IMG/VR virus record: IMGVR_UViG_3300046744_000381
Location: 32,001 to 96,000 of that record
Length of the DNA stretch: 64,000 nt
From: a virus
Reading direction: 5' to 3' (one strand)
The notes beneath the pieces were generated by a model. It had not been told where the DNA came from. It made no database searches and was given only the letters and a program-made list of their open reading frames with translations. Positions 37,419 through 46,282 of this stretch are shown here, piece after piece; the stretch's first letter is position 1, and every line of letters begins with the position of its first letter. The translations under genes were made by a program, and so were the position numbers.

Positions 37419-37762
37419 AAATTCATAATACTTTCAACAGATCTTTCATTCATAAGTTTATTGTATTCTGTTAGGAATCTATTTGAATATGATTGATAAT
37501 TATTAAGAATTGCATTTGTAAATTCTTGTAAGTCTTCGCATTCAACAGGTATATCATTATCATCAATAATAATAGTTGACTCTTGTTTTAATGAAAGTAA
37601 GCTTTGACAAAAACTTATAAGTTCACGAGTAATGGAAAATTGACCGCCTTTGTAATACAAAACAAGATTTTCTTTGTATTGTTCTTTTAAGATTCTTGTT
37701 TGATTATTCAAGGTAACCATATAATTGCTTATCTCAAGGGCTTTTTCAAGACGTTCGTCCAT
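37415..37762 (-). CDS. Hypothetical protein, first gene of the glycosyltransferase operon (possible fibre-assembly chaperone)
   Basis: 115-aa helical protein with AGGAG SD, immediately after the virion genes. The chaperone role is a positional guess. Confidence 0.5.
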   Translation of the reverse strand: MDERLEKALEISNYMVTLNNQTRILKEQYKENLVLYYKGGQFSITRELISFCQSLLSLKQESTIIIDDNDIPVECEDLQEFTNAILNNYQSYSNRFLTEYNKLMNERSVESIMNL

Positions 37763-37788
37763 AATTTTCTCCTAACTATACCTAGTAT

Positions 37789-37817
37789 AGTATATAACAA
37801 AATTTGATAAATGTCAA
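37789..37817 (-). promoter_or_regulatory. sigma70 promoter TTGACA-17-TATACT
   Basis: TGTCAA 37812-37817 and AGTATA 37789-37794 on +, in the intergenic gap. Confidence 0.75.
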
Positions 37818-37820
37818 AGG

Positions 37821-38906
37821 TTAAAGTGAACTATCTACTGCACCTGTTGGTGGTGTTTGTACAATAGCATTAAATGTGCTTGCACCGATATTAAATGTAC
37901 TATTAGGAGTAAAAGTATAAAGATTACTTGTCACTGTGCCGCCGACTTGTTCATCAGTGGGCGAACCTTGCTCGCCTGATTCTACCTGATAACCTGTACC
38001 TGTATCACTGTCATCAAATATAATTTCAAATATCATTTGACTGTCGTTTGGGATAACTAAATTAATTTGATATTCGTTATCATCATAAATTTGTTCTACA
38101 GGAATTGCTCCTGTGTTGCCTCCTGAGACACCGCCGCCTACTTTTGTATATAACCTAGTAGCACTATTAAAAAACCCACCACTAGTTGCACTGTTTGTGC
38201 TTATTGAACCTAGTGCATATTCGCTACCAGTTCCGCCTGTTCCTAATGATTCTGTAAAATAATTTGTTGCTTTTTTCCAAAAACGTATTTTACCCATTTC
38301 TGCTAGTATTCTATTCCAGTCCCAATCTTTACTATTTGTAGTACCAGTTGTTCCTCCTGTGAGACTAGCATCAAATCTTATTTGTCCACCTGCATTAAAA
38401 AAATGATTACGTGCATTCGCACTACTCCAACTTACAGTAACTCTATGTCCGATTCTATAAGTTCCGCCTGTGCCCCAAGCAGTTGATCTTGTGCTTGTTA
38501 CAGTTGTAGAACTACTGGTTAGCATACCTGCTTCGTCAAAATTTGCAGAAGGAAATTCTGTTGTATCTCTGTTGAAAGATATTACATCATTGACAAACAA
38601 AGTAAAATCTGTTATATTGGCCCACTGAATTATATCGCCAACATCAACCCTATTCAATGCTATTCTTGTATTATCAGTAGCAAATTGATGTATATGTCCC
38701 GCTTGCAAATCTTTCCATAAATCGTATTGTTGTAAACTTGTAATTACATCGCTAACGCCAGGGGTACTGCCGCCGACAACTAAATCACTTAAAAGTGTAC
38801 GTCCATATCCTAAATCAACATTACTAGTAGTAGGACCAACAATCGGCGACATCAGATTATGGATGCCGTTATAGTCTGATGCTAATATTGGTGTTCCGAC
38901 TGCCAT
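37821..38906 (-). CDS. Virion structural protein
   Basis: G/S/T-rich; NARNHFFNAGGQIRF...DW..IL..MG shared with 38916..40097. Confidence 0.6.
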   Translation of the reverse strand: MAVGTPILASDYNGIHNLMSPIVGPTTSNVDLGYGRTLLSDLVVGGSTPGVSDVITSLQQYDLWKDLQAGHIHQFATDNTRIALNRVDVGDIIQWANITDFTLFVNDVISFNRDTTEFPSANFDEAGMLTSSSTTVTSTRSTAWGTGGTYRIGHRVTVSWSSANARNHFFNAGGQIRFDASLTGGTTGTTNSKDWDWNRILAEMGKIRFWKKATNYFTESLGTGGTGSEYALGSISTNSATSGGFFNSATRLYTKVGGGVSGGNTGAIPVEQIYDDNEYQINLVIPNDSQMIFEIIFDDSDTGTGYQVESGEQGSPTDEQVGGTVTSNLYTFTPNSTFNIGASTFNAIVQTPPTGAVDSSL

Positions 38907-38915
38907 TTGTATTCC

Positions 38916-40097
38916 TTATAACATTTGTATTCTTGTAATTGTAGGAGATGAATTTTCAACATATGGACCTGTTGAACGATATTCAGAGATTACACTGCTC
39001 AACTCGCCTTCTACTCTTTCATCTGCTCCGCCAGAACCGTTTGCATCATCAGTAAATTCAATCTTAAACTGTATTTGTTTTGAACTATTTTCTTTAGCGT
39101 ATATAATATAATCATTTTCGATGTACACTCCGCTACCTGTTTTAGTATACACTACTTGATATGTGCTTGTCAACTCATAATTACCAATAGTGCTGCCTGT
39201 TCCATTATTATTAGAACTTGTTGTATCAGCAAAATTAAATTTTATAGTTCCCATATTTGAAAGCATAGCAGCCCAATCTACTGATTTTTGATAATTCACT
39301 GTACCGCTGTTAGGAAGTCCTGTTAAACTACTTGTAAATCTTAATTCGCCACCTGCGTTAAAAAATCCTCTACGTGCATTACTATCAGCAAATGTAACTT
39401 GAAATTCGTGTATAACTTGCTGAGGTGTTGCTGTTCCGCCCCATAAATCTGTTCTTGTTGCTGTGTCTTTGATGGCCGGATCGGCTTGTGTAGCATCTAC
39501 ATTAAATTTCGCATTTTCACATATTGTGGTTAATGATTCATAAGTTTGATATGATTCTTCACCAATTGTATGCAAAAACGCACCTCCGCTTATGTATGCT
39601 CCCCAACTAGGATCGCCTATTGGAGATGTTAATGGGGTACCTGATGTTCGGTCATATGCATCATATAATTCAAATTCAGTTGCACTTAAAACTTTTGCAT
39701 AGCCTGAGACACCATTAAGTTGTGTCATTCCTTGCACACCAATAATATAGTCTACCCATATTCCTTCAATAAGAAGATGTGCTTCGTTTGTTTGTATTGT
39801 TACAACATTAGAGTTACTTGTGTTAATGGATGCATTTGCGATACTAATTTGTGTGGTATTATCCTTAACTTGCTTAATTAATGATGTCGGTTCGGTACCA
39901 ATTTGATGAGTTCTAATTTTTATAAGGTCTGCATATAATGCATTCATTTCAGTTGCTAATACCACATTTTCTTGAGGAACTTGAGATGAACTAACTGCTT
40001 GATTATATCCGCTAGTTCCAACGCCTACTCCTAAAAGATTACCAATTCTTGATTGTAAAAAATTGTACCTTGCAGCAGAAATTATTTGATTTACCAT
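38916..40097 (-). CDS. Virion structural protein with an inserted beta-domain
   Basis: NARRGFFNAGGELRF...DWAAMLSNMG, plus an insert (GVQGMTQLNG...ATEFELY) absent from the paralogue. Confidence 0.6.
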   Translation of the reverse strand: MVNQIISAARYNFLQSRIGNLLGVGVGTSGYNQAVSSSQVPQENVVLATEMNALYADLIKIRTHQIGTEPTSLIKQVKDNTTQISIANASINTSNSNVVTIQTNEAHLLIEGIWVDYIIGVQGMTQLNGVSGYAKVLSATEFELYDAYDRTSGTPLTSPIGDPSWGAYISGGAFLHTIGEESYQTYESLTTICENAKFNVDATQADPAIKDTATRTDLWGGTATPQQVIHEFQVTFADSNARRGFFNAGGELRFTSSLTGLPNSGTVNYQKSVDWAAMLSNMGTIKFNFADTTSSNNNGTGSTIGNYELTSTYQVVYTKTGSGVYIENDYIIYAKENSSKQIQFKIEFTDDANGSGGADERVEGELSSVISEYRSTGPYVENSSPTITRIQML

Positions 40098-40118
40098 ATA
40101 CTTTCACCTTTTATATAC

Positions 40119-41624
40119 TTATGTTTTCAAAACACACTCAACTAATTTCTCGTCTTCACTGTCATTAGATTCTAATGCTACTCCAACAAGTGCGGTTGTT
40201 TGTATAGTGCCGCAAACACCATCTTCCCAAGCATATACTGCCTGACCTTTTGCAATAGGACCTTTAACTCTTACAGGAAGTCTTCCTTTTAAACCAATGT
40301 ATTGACCGTCTGCATCACTGTTCATCATTACAGCTGGATCTGTAGATACTACACCAATACACATATCACTTGCTTTTGCTGGTTCTACTTCGTGATCTGG
40401 ATGTCCGCATACTGCAACTGCTGTACCTGCTGGCAATTCTTCAGCAGTGGTATATTTCTCTGCAAGGTCAGCATATCTAGCACGAGTAGCAGTACCAGTA
40501 AAAATATTTGCAACTAAGTTACCGTTTGCATCTCTGACTGCTACTGTATTAGCATCTGCGTTTATAGAGCCAGTTCTATCAACACCATCTACAACTAATG
40601 CACTGGCTTTTGTAGCTGTGCCATTAAATGTAGTTGCGTGTACTGTATTCCAACGTGCGCTAGATGTTCCAATTGTATAAGCATTGTCAATACCTGGGAT
40701 TAGTGCAATATCTGTTCCATTTGTAAATCTAGCAATTTCTAGTAAGCCAGTACCTGATGTGTATGTTTGAAATTTTATTTCATCGCCAATTAAATTAGAT
40801 AATGTTGCTTCATTGCCGTTAGTTACGTGTACTTGGAAGTCTAAACTATCTCCAATTTTTATACCTGCATCGTCTTGAAAATTAACGGCTGTGCCTGCGC
40901 CTGCAGATCTAATAAATTCACTAGAATCTAAACCATCAAATTTGAGAGCATTACTTGCTGATCCCCAAAAGTAAGGCAAAACTGTGTCATCGTCTACACC
41001 TGTAATACCTGTACTAGGTGTTCTAATTAATGTAATACCTTTTTTTACTACCGGAAAATGTCCCGGAATATCATAATCATCTAATGATGCTGGTTGATTG
41101 CTACTAGGTGTAAATGCTGCATCACTAATCATATAAACTGGATTGTTATCGATTAATGCAATTATAACTGGCACAGTTACATCTGATGGCGCTGATGCAA
41201 CATTTGTACTTAATAATTGTGTTGTTCCTGATCCTGCTGCTTGAGGTCCTACTAAAATAAATTCATTTGCACTTGTTCTTGCAAATAATTGATTTGTATT
41301 ACTATTATACCATAGGTCCCCTTCAACAAGGCCTGCTGGTTGTGAAGAACTTACTTCTGCTCCACCTGCTGTTTTCCAAGTTGTTCCTGTGTAATATTTT
41401 AGTTTGTTTGTTGAACTGTCAAACCAAACTTGTCCGCTAAGTGCTTTGCTTGGACTGGTCGAACCTGCAAAACTTTCTAGTAAAAATAAAAAGTTTTCGT
41501 TTTGCGCCTCTCCATAACCACTATAGTTTTTACCAATTAATTTTAAGTCAGTTGTATTATCAACTGTGCCGTCTTCAAGCGATAGTAATTGCTCTCCGCT
41601 AAATCTGTTAATTATGTATGCCAT
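40119..41624 (-). CDS. Tail fibre-like protein with a C-terminal ADLAE-type domain
   Basis: Shared N-terminus (DGTVD..TDL.LIGKNY..YG...NENF..LLE.FA...GQVWFD); C-terminal YADLAEKY...IGVVSTDPA..MN...GRLPVRV. Confidence 0.65.
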   Translation of the reverse strand: MAYIINRFSGEQLLSLEDGTVDNTTDLKLIGKNYSGYGEAQNENFLFLLESFAGSTSPSKALSGQVWFDSSTNKLKYYTGTTWKTAGGAEVSSSQPAGLVEGDLWYNSNTNQLFARTSANEFILVGPQAAGSGTTQLLSTNVASAPSDVTVPVIIALIDNNPVYMISDAAFTPSSNQPASLDDYDIPGHFPVVKKGITLIRTPSTGITGVDDDTVLPYFWGSASNALKFDGLDSSEFIRSAGAGTAVNFQDDAGIKIGDSLDFQVHVTNGNEATLSNLIGDEIKFQTYTSGTGLLEIARFTNGTDIALIPGIDNAYTIGTSSARWNTVHATTFNGTATKASALVVDGVDRTGSINADANTVAVRDANGNLVANIFTGTATRARYADLAEKYTTAEELPAGTAVAVCGHPDHEVEPAKASDMCIGVVSTDPAVMMNSDADGQYIGLKGRLPVRVKGPIAKGQAVYAWEDGVCGTIQTTALVGVALESNDSEDEKLVECVLKT

Positions 41625-41643
41625 CTTTGTTCCTCATATAGTA

Positions 41644-41651
41644 TATTTATT
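41644..41651 (-). promoter_or_regulatory. T4-late-like promoter AATAAATA
   Basis: TATTTATT on + in the intergenic gap, followed by GAGGA SD and ATG 41624. Confidence 0.6.
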
Positions 41652-41655
41652 TGTT

Positions 41656-43629
41656 TTATGGATACGCTACTGTTGATACGTGTTCCCAAGTTCCGGCAAC
41701 TACTTTAAATTTAATAGTATACCTTGTGACAGTAAATGTTGGCGCTATCGGTACAGGACTAATGTTGAAGTCTTGTAATACACTAACGTTTTGTGTACCG
41801 CCGCTATCCACAGCCGTAAAACTTTTATTTAATTCTGCATTCACATCCGCAGTATCAGTTCCTGATGGTGCTATACTACTACCGTGTATTGCAGCTTGCG
41901 TACCATTAGGTATTGTTGAAGGATCAACTAATGAAGTTAAAATTAATAATACATCATTGTTTACACCTGCGCCATTGTTAATTGCTATTGTTAGTCCAGT
42001 AAGATCAAGACCAAAAACAAGTGTTTTAGCACCAATTTCAGTTTCAACATATTGTTTTGTTGCTACCGCATCAGCGTCTGATTCTGTAAGTGCCGGGTTT
42101 TCTGCAACAGCTCTCGGACTTATTGGAGTTTTTACACCTTTTATTTCAACTGGTGTGCCTACCACTTCAATTGGTCCGTTGGATGCTAATTCAATACTTG
42201 CTGCTGTGTTTGTAATTCTGTTTGAATCAATACCAATATTATCAACTGTGATACTTCCTAATGTACCAATGTTAACAAGTCCGGGTGCATCTGTGACAGT
42301 TGCAGCAAGTGCAGTTCTAGTTAATAATGGTGTACCGTCCATCATATAAGCACCATTTATATCTGCAATATCGATATTATCTTCAGTTGTCCAGGCTAGT
42401 GTGCCAATTCTATATGTCCACTTTATACTGCCACCTGTAGTTTCGATTAACAACCCTGCATCATCAATAAATTCGCTAGAACTATCTAACAGTGTACTAT
42501 CCTCTGGAATAGCAAGTTGAATATTTTTATCTGCTATTCTTAAGGATTTAACATCTTCTGTTGTTTGTGTGCCAACACGTAGTTCGCCAGCAACACGCAA
42601 ATCTCCATTTACTATTAGATTGTGTTGATCTCCGTTAGTACCAATTACAACACCTTGTGTAATTGCAGCTACTGGATCGCCTTCACTGTCTATTCTTGAT
42701 ATTGTTGGATCAGGAGCATTGTTAAATATTCCTAATCTATTATTTGTAGCATCAAATTTTAATGCTGAATAGTATGTGCTTGCTACTTTAGAAAGCTTTA
42801 CTTCTAAATCGCCGCCGTTTCGTAAATTTATAATTTCTGAACCAGTGCCTGCTGCTTTAATTTGTATATTTTGTCCTGATGAAACAGTACCTACTTTTAA
42901 TCCCTCAACATTGTTTATAAGTAACGGGCCTACCATTGTATCGCCATTAGTATCGGTAGCACTTACAAAACTATCAACCGTAAAAGAAGTACCAAATTCG
43001 TCAGTAATTGCAAGAGCTTTATCAGCAACACCATCAAATATAAATGAGCTATACGAGTTGTTAATATTTAATCCCATTCTTAAATTAGGAAAACCTGCAA
43101 GTTCGAGCCCTGGGGTAAATGATTCTCTTGCTAATACTGCTAATGGTGTTCCTGCTACGTAAAAAAGTACAATTGTTTTATCTAAACTAAATGAGTCTTT
43201 TATAGTATCAACTTTTATTCCACTCAATCCCTGTGTCTTTGTATATTGAGGGCCTATTAATATCCAGTCGGTTCCGTCCCAAAAATAGACTTGATTATTT
43301 GCACTGTTTATCCAAATATCGCCTACAACTTTTTCCAACGGTGCAGTGCCGCTTACAACGCTGCTATCCGTGCTTCTAAATGTAGATCCATCGTATACTT
43401 TTAATCTATCAGTAACAGTGTCAAACCAAACTTGTCCTTTTATAGGCTTTGCAGGTGCAGAAACATTTGCAAAACTTTCTAATAATTTAATAAAGTTTTC
43501 GTTTATTAATTCACCAAATCCTTGATAATTTTTACCTATAAAAGTTAAATCAGTCGTTGTATTATCAATTTTACCATCAATTAATTCTGTTAATAATGTA
43601 CCGTCGGTTTTGTTTAATCTATAGCTCAT
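41656..43629 (-). CDS. Tail fibre-like protein
   Basis: Same N-terminal module as its two neighbours; DAVATKQYV fibre motif. Confidence 0.65.
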   Translation of the reverse strand: MSYRLNKTDGTLLTELIDGKIDNTTTDLTFIGKNYQGFGELINENFIKLLESFANVSAPAKPIKGQVWFDTVTDRLKVYDGSTFRSTDSSVVSGTAPLEKVVGDIWINSANNQVYFWDGTDWILIGPQYTKTQGLSGIKVDTIKDSFSLDKTIVLFYVAGTPLAVLARESFTPGLELAGFPNLRMGLNINNSYSSFIFDGVADKALAITDEFGTSFTVDSFVSATDTNGDTMVGPLLINNVEGLKVGTVSSGQNIQIKAAGTGSEIINLRNGGDLEVKLSKVASTYYSALKFDATNNRLGIFNNAPDPTISRIDSEGDPVAAITQGVVIGTNGDQHNLIVNGDLRVAGELRVGTQTTEDVKSLRIADKNIQLAIPEDSTLLDSSSEFIDDAGLLIETTGGSIKWTYRIGTLAWTTEDNIDIADINGAYMMDGTPLLTRTALAATVTDAPGLVNIGTLGSITVDNIGIDSNRITNTAASIELASNGPIEVVGTPVEIKGVKTPISPRAVAENPALTESDADAVATKQYVETEIGAKTLVFGLDLTGLTIAINNGAGVNNDVLLILTSLVDPSTIPNGTQAAIHGSSIAPSGTDTADVNAELNKSFTAVDSGGTQNVSVLQDFNISPVPIAPTFTVTRYTIKFKVVAGTWEHVSTVAYP

Positions 43630-45653
43630 ATAATCTGCCCCGTATATATAATATAATTCATTGCTACAAATGGATCAGTTGTGTTTAACGGAGTATTAGT
43701 TGCACCTGGTATACTACCTGTAGTTGATATTTTAGTACCGTTTGCACCATCAGCTGCACCGCCGCCTGCGCTTGTATTCGAACCTGTCTGTGATGCAATA
43801 GTTGTAGTTGCATAAAATTGATCGCCTGTGTCACTGTCTAGTGAGTGAGTGTGATCTGGTAAGTTAGATTCTGCAATAGTTGAAGTAGGATTACCACTTA
43901 CACCACCTATTGTGCCTGTACCTGAAGTAATTCTATTATTATTATTTGATGGACTTCCGAGTAAACCTACAGGATGTCTACCTGCTAAATCAGGAACTCT
44001 AAATGTTCCTCCGCCTGCATCGCCATATGTTGTGCCAATAACATCAAATAATAAATTATATGTAGTTGTAATATACGAATCACCATTACATATTAACCAT
44101 CCCGAAGGAGCAGTTGTTCCAGCATATGGTGTAACTGTGCCAATTGGAATTGTTTGTATGCTTCCAATAATATCACTTTGTGTTGTTTTATATAAATTAC
44201 TTCCTCTAGCAACTAAAAATTCGTCTGATCCAACAATAGCACTAGGTAAAGCGCCTTTGTTTGTTACAAATGTAGGATCAATAACACTGTTTGCTAGTGT
44301 TTTTGTTAATCCGCCAGTTTGTCCATCAAACGAAAAGCTATCTGCCGAAACTTCACCTTCAAGTCTAAATGTTGTTGCACTATTTAATTTTCCTGCACTA
44401 GTTGCAGATCCAGTTAGCGTTCCTGTTATACTTAAACTACTACCTGCTTTAGGCTGAATAGATGTTGTATTAAGTCTATTGGCGTAAAGATTGTCGTAAT
44501 AAAGTGCCGAAGTACCTAAATTATGTGTATTATTGTTTTCTGGAATAATGTTTTCTGCTGTAATATTACTTGCTACTGTGAGTGTACCGCCGACGTGTGC
44601 ATCTAATGCTACGCCAATACCACCGGGTGTTGTAATCGATCCTGTAATACTACTAGTTGAATTTGTTGTATCAGCAGTTTTAATTGTTCCACTTACTAAT
44701 AAGTTTCCAGTAACATCTAATGCTTCAGTAGGACTCGCATTGTTAATACCAACTGTGTTTACACTTTCGGTTGGCTTCACTCTGATAGCAGGTGTTTGTG
44801 TAACAGTTGATCTAATATCAAGTGTACCTGTTCCAAAATGTTCTAATACGCTATCTGAATCCTCTACAAAAACACTTAATGTTTTTGTTTGACCAAATTC
44901 TATACCTCTGTTATCGCTTACTCTAATAGGAGCATTGATAGTTTGTTTTCCTGCTTCTGCATCGTTCCTTACAAAACTTGTTCCAGACACTGGCAAGTTG
45001 TTTATAACAAGATTATTAGCTTGTTCGGCTGTACCATTTAGAACACTTGTTAAAGATCTATTTAAATTAATACCAATTTTCAGTGGATAAGATGAAGTAT
45101 AGCCAGCAATGTTACTTTTTGGTGCAAATTCTTCATCGCTTATTAATGCAACAATCACATTTTCACTATAAATTGCTGTAACTTGTTTTGCAGGAGTGTC
45201 GTCGGCTCTATCAATTGAGATCGATAAAGCGCCGGTTATAGCTGCACTACTGTAACTTGGTCCTACTAACACATACCCGCTACCTGTGTAGATATACATT
45301 TGACTATTTTCAGTATCTACCCAAATATCGCCCACTGTACTATTATCAACGGCAGGTTGTACTGCTGATTTTTTAACGCCGCCTGCAGCAACCCATTGGG
45401 TGCCGTCATAAATTTTTAATTGGTCTATACCGGCAGTTGTATCATACCATAACTGTCCTTCAACAGGATTACCTGGAGGATTTGGATTAGCAAAATTTTC
45501 TAACATATTTAAGAAGTTTGTATTAACACTACTTCCATAGTCAGTTAAATTTCTTCCTATAAGTTGTAAACTTGTATCAGTATTAATACTACTATCTTCT
45601 ACAGTGATGGTACCTTTGTTTGCCTCATCTGTAAATGGAATTTCATATGCCAT
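43626..45653 (-). CDS. Tail fibre protein with a phage tail-collar domain
   Basis: Shared N-terminal module; IPIGTVTPYAGTTAPSGWLICNG...LFDVIGTTYG...FRVPDLAGR collar; LPDHTH; MNYIIY terminus. Confidence 0.85.
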   Translation of the reverse strand: MAYEIPFTDEANKGTITVEDSSINTDTSLQLIGRNLTDYGSSVNTNFLNMLENFANPNPPGNPVEGQLWYDTTAGIDQLKIYDGTQWVAAGGVKKSAVQPAVDNSTVGDIWVDTENSQMYIYTGSGYVLVGPSYSSAAITGALSISIDRADDTPAKQVTAIYSENVIVALISDEEFAPKSNIAGYTSSYPLKIGINLNRSLTSVLNGTAEQANNLVINNLPVSGTSFVRNDAEAGKQTINAPIRVSDNRGIEFGQTKTLSVFVEDSDSVLEHFGTGTLDIRSTVTQTPAIRVKPTESVNTVGINNASPTEALDVTGNLLVSGTIKTADTTNSTSSITGSITTPGGIGVALDAHVGGTLTVASNITAENIIPENNNTHNLGTSALYYDNLYANRLNTTSIQPKAGSSLSITGTLTGSATSAGKLNSATTFRLEGEVSADSFSFDGQTGGLTKTLANSVIDPTFVTNKGALPSAIVGSDEFLVARGSNLYKTTQSDIIGSIQTIPIGTVTPYAGTTAPSGWLICNGDSYITTTYNLLFDVIGTTYGDAGGGTFRVPDLAGRHPVGLLGSPSNNNNRITSGTGTIGGVSGNPTSTIAESNLPDHTHSLDSDTGDQFYATTTIASQTGSNTSAGGGAADGANGTKISTTGSIPGATNTPLNTTDPFVAMNYIIYTGQII

Positions 45654-46258
45654 TAGCTATTACCTCCGCTAAGGCTCTGAACTCTTACAGTATAGTCTAT
45701 TTGGATAAGTCTGTTTAATGATTTTTGCACAGGATGAAAAATTACGTGTGTAATAAGTCTACCCGTTCCACTTGAACTATATCCTCTTAAACCTAGTTCG
45801 TCAAATACAAATTGTTGTTCTGTATCTGCTGCTGTGTCAAATGCATCTTGTCCATCTGGTTCGCCGTAATCAAGTAGAGCACTCACGACTACATCTGTAT
45901 AATTTGTTCCGCTTACGTGTCTGGTTTCGATTTTATTTCTTGTAGGATCAGTATTATTTACATTGTTGCTATCTATAACTTTGGTGTAGGTTTGATTATA
46001 TAAGCTTGCGTTTGTACCAGTGCTGTTAGGAGTAAGATATGTTATGATTCCAGTTGGATCGACTATTGTTCCTCCATTACCAAAACTCATTTCACTAATA
46101 AAACCTTGTCCAATATTGCCTAAACTTTCAGCAAGACTGATACTCATATTTTCATAATGAATTGCATTGCGTTTGTCTACAAACACAAAACCTGATTCAG
46201 GGTTATATATTTTAATATGACCCTCTATGTGTACACCGTTATGTTCTTTTTCTATCAT
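45653..46258 (-). CDS. Baseplate/virion structural protein
   Basis: GHIKI...NAIHYEN...FDELGL...THVIFHPVQKS; lies between the baseplate and fibre genes. Confidence 0.55.
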   Translation of the reverse strand: MIEKEHNGVHIEGHIKIYNPESGFVFVDKRNAIHYENMSISLAESLGNIGQGFISEMSFGNGGTIVDPTGIITYLTPNSTGTNASLYNQTYTKVIDSNNVNNTDPTRNKIETRHVSGTNYTDVVVSALLDYGEPDGQDAFDTAADTEQQFVFDELGLRGYSSSGTGRLITHVIFHPVQKSLNRLIQIDYTVRVQSLSGGNS

Positions 46259-46274
46259 AATACTATCCTTATTG

Positions 46275-46282
46275 TATTTATC
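46275..46282 (-). promoter_or_regulatory. T4-late-like promoter GATAAATA overlapping the stop of the giant gene
   Basis: TATTTATC on +, followed by AGGA SD and ATG 46258. Confidence 0.55.

Noticed and set aside
1-37762. Bacterial chromosomal polysaccharide locus next to a prophage or tailocin
   Set aside because: No flippase, Wzy, transporter or housekeeping genes. The island shares strand, packing and TAAATA boxes with the T4-like structural genes, so a phage origin is more parsimonious.
41651-44892. Long plus-strand ORFs (41651..42349, 42776..43162, 43912..44457, 44533..44892)
   Set aside because: Antisense shadows lying within the fibre genes, with no motifs and composition that mirrors the opposite-strand codons.
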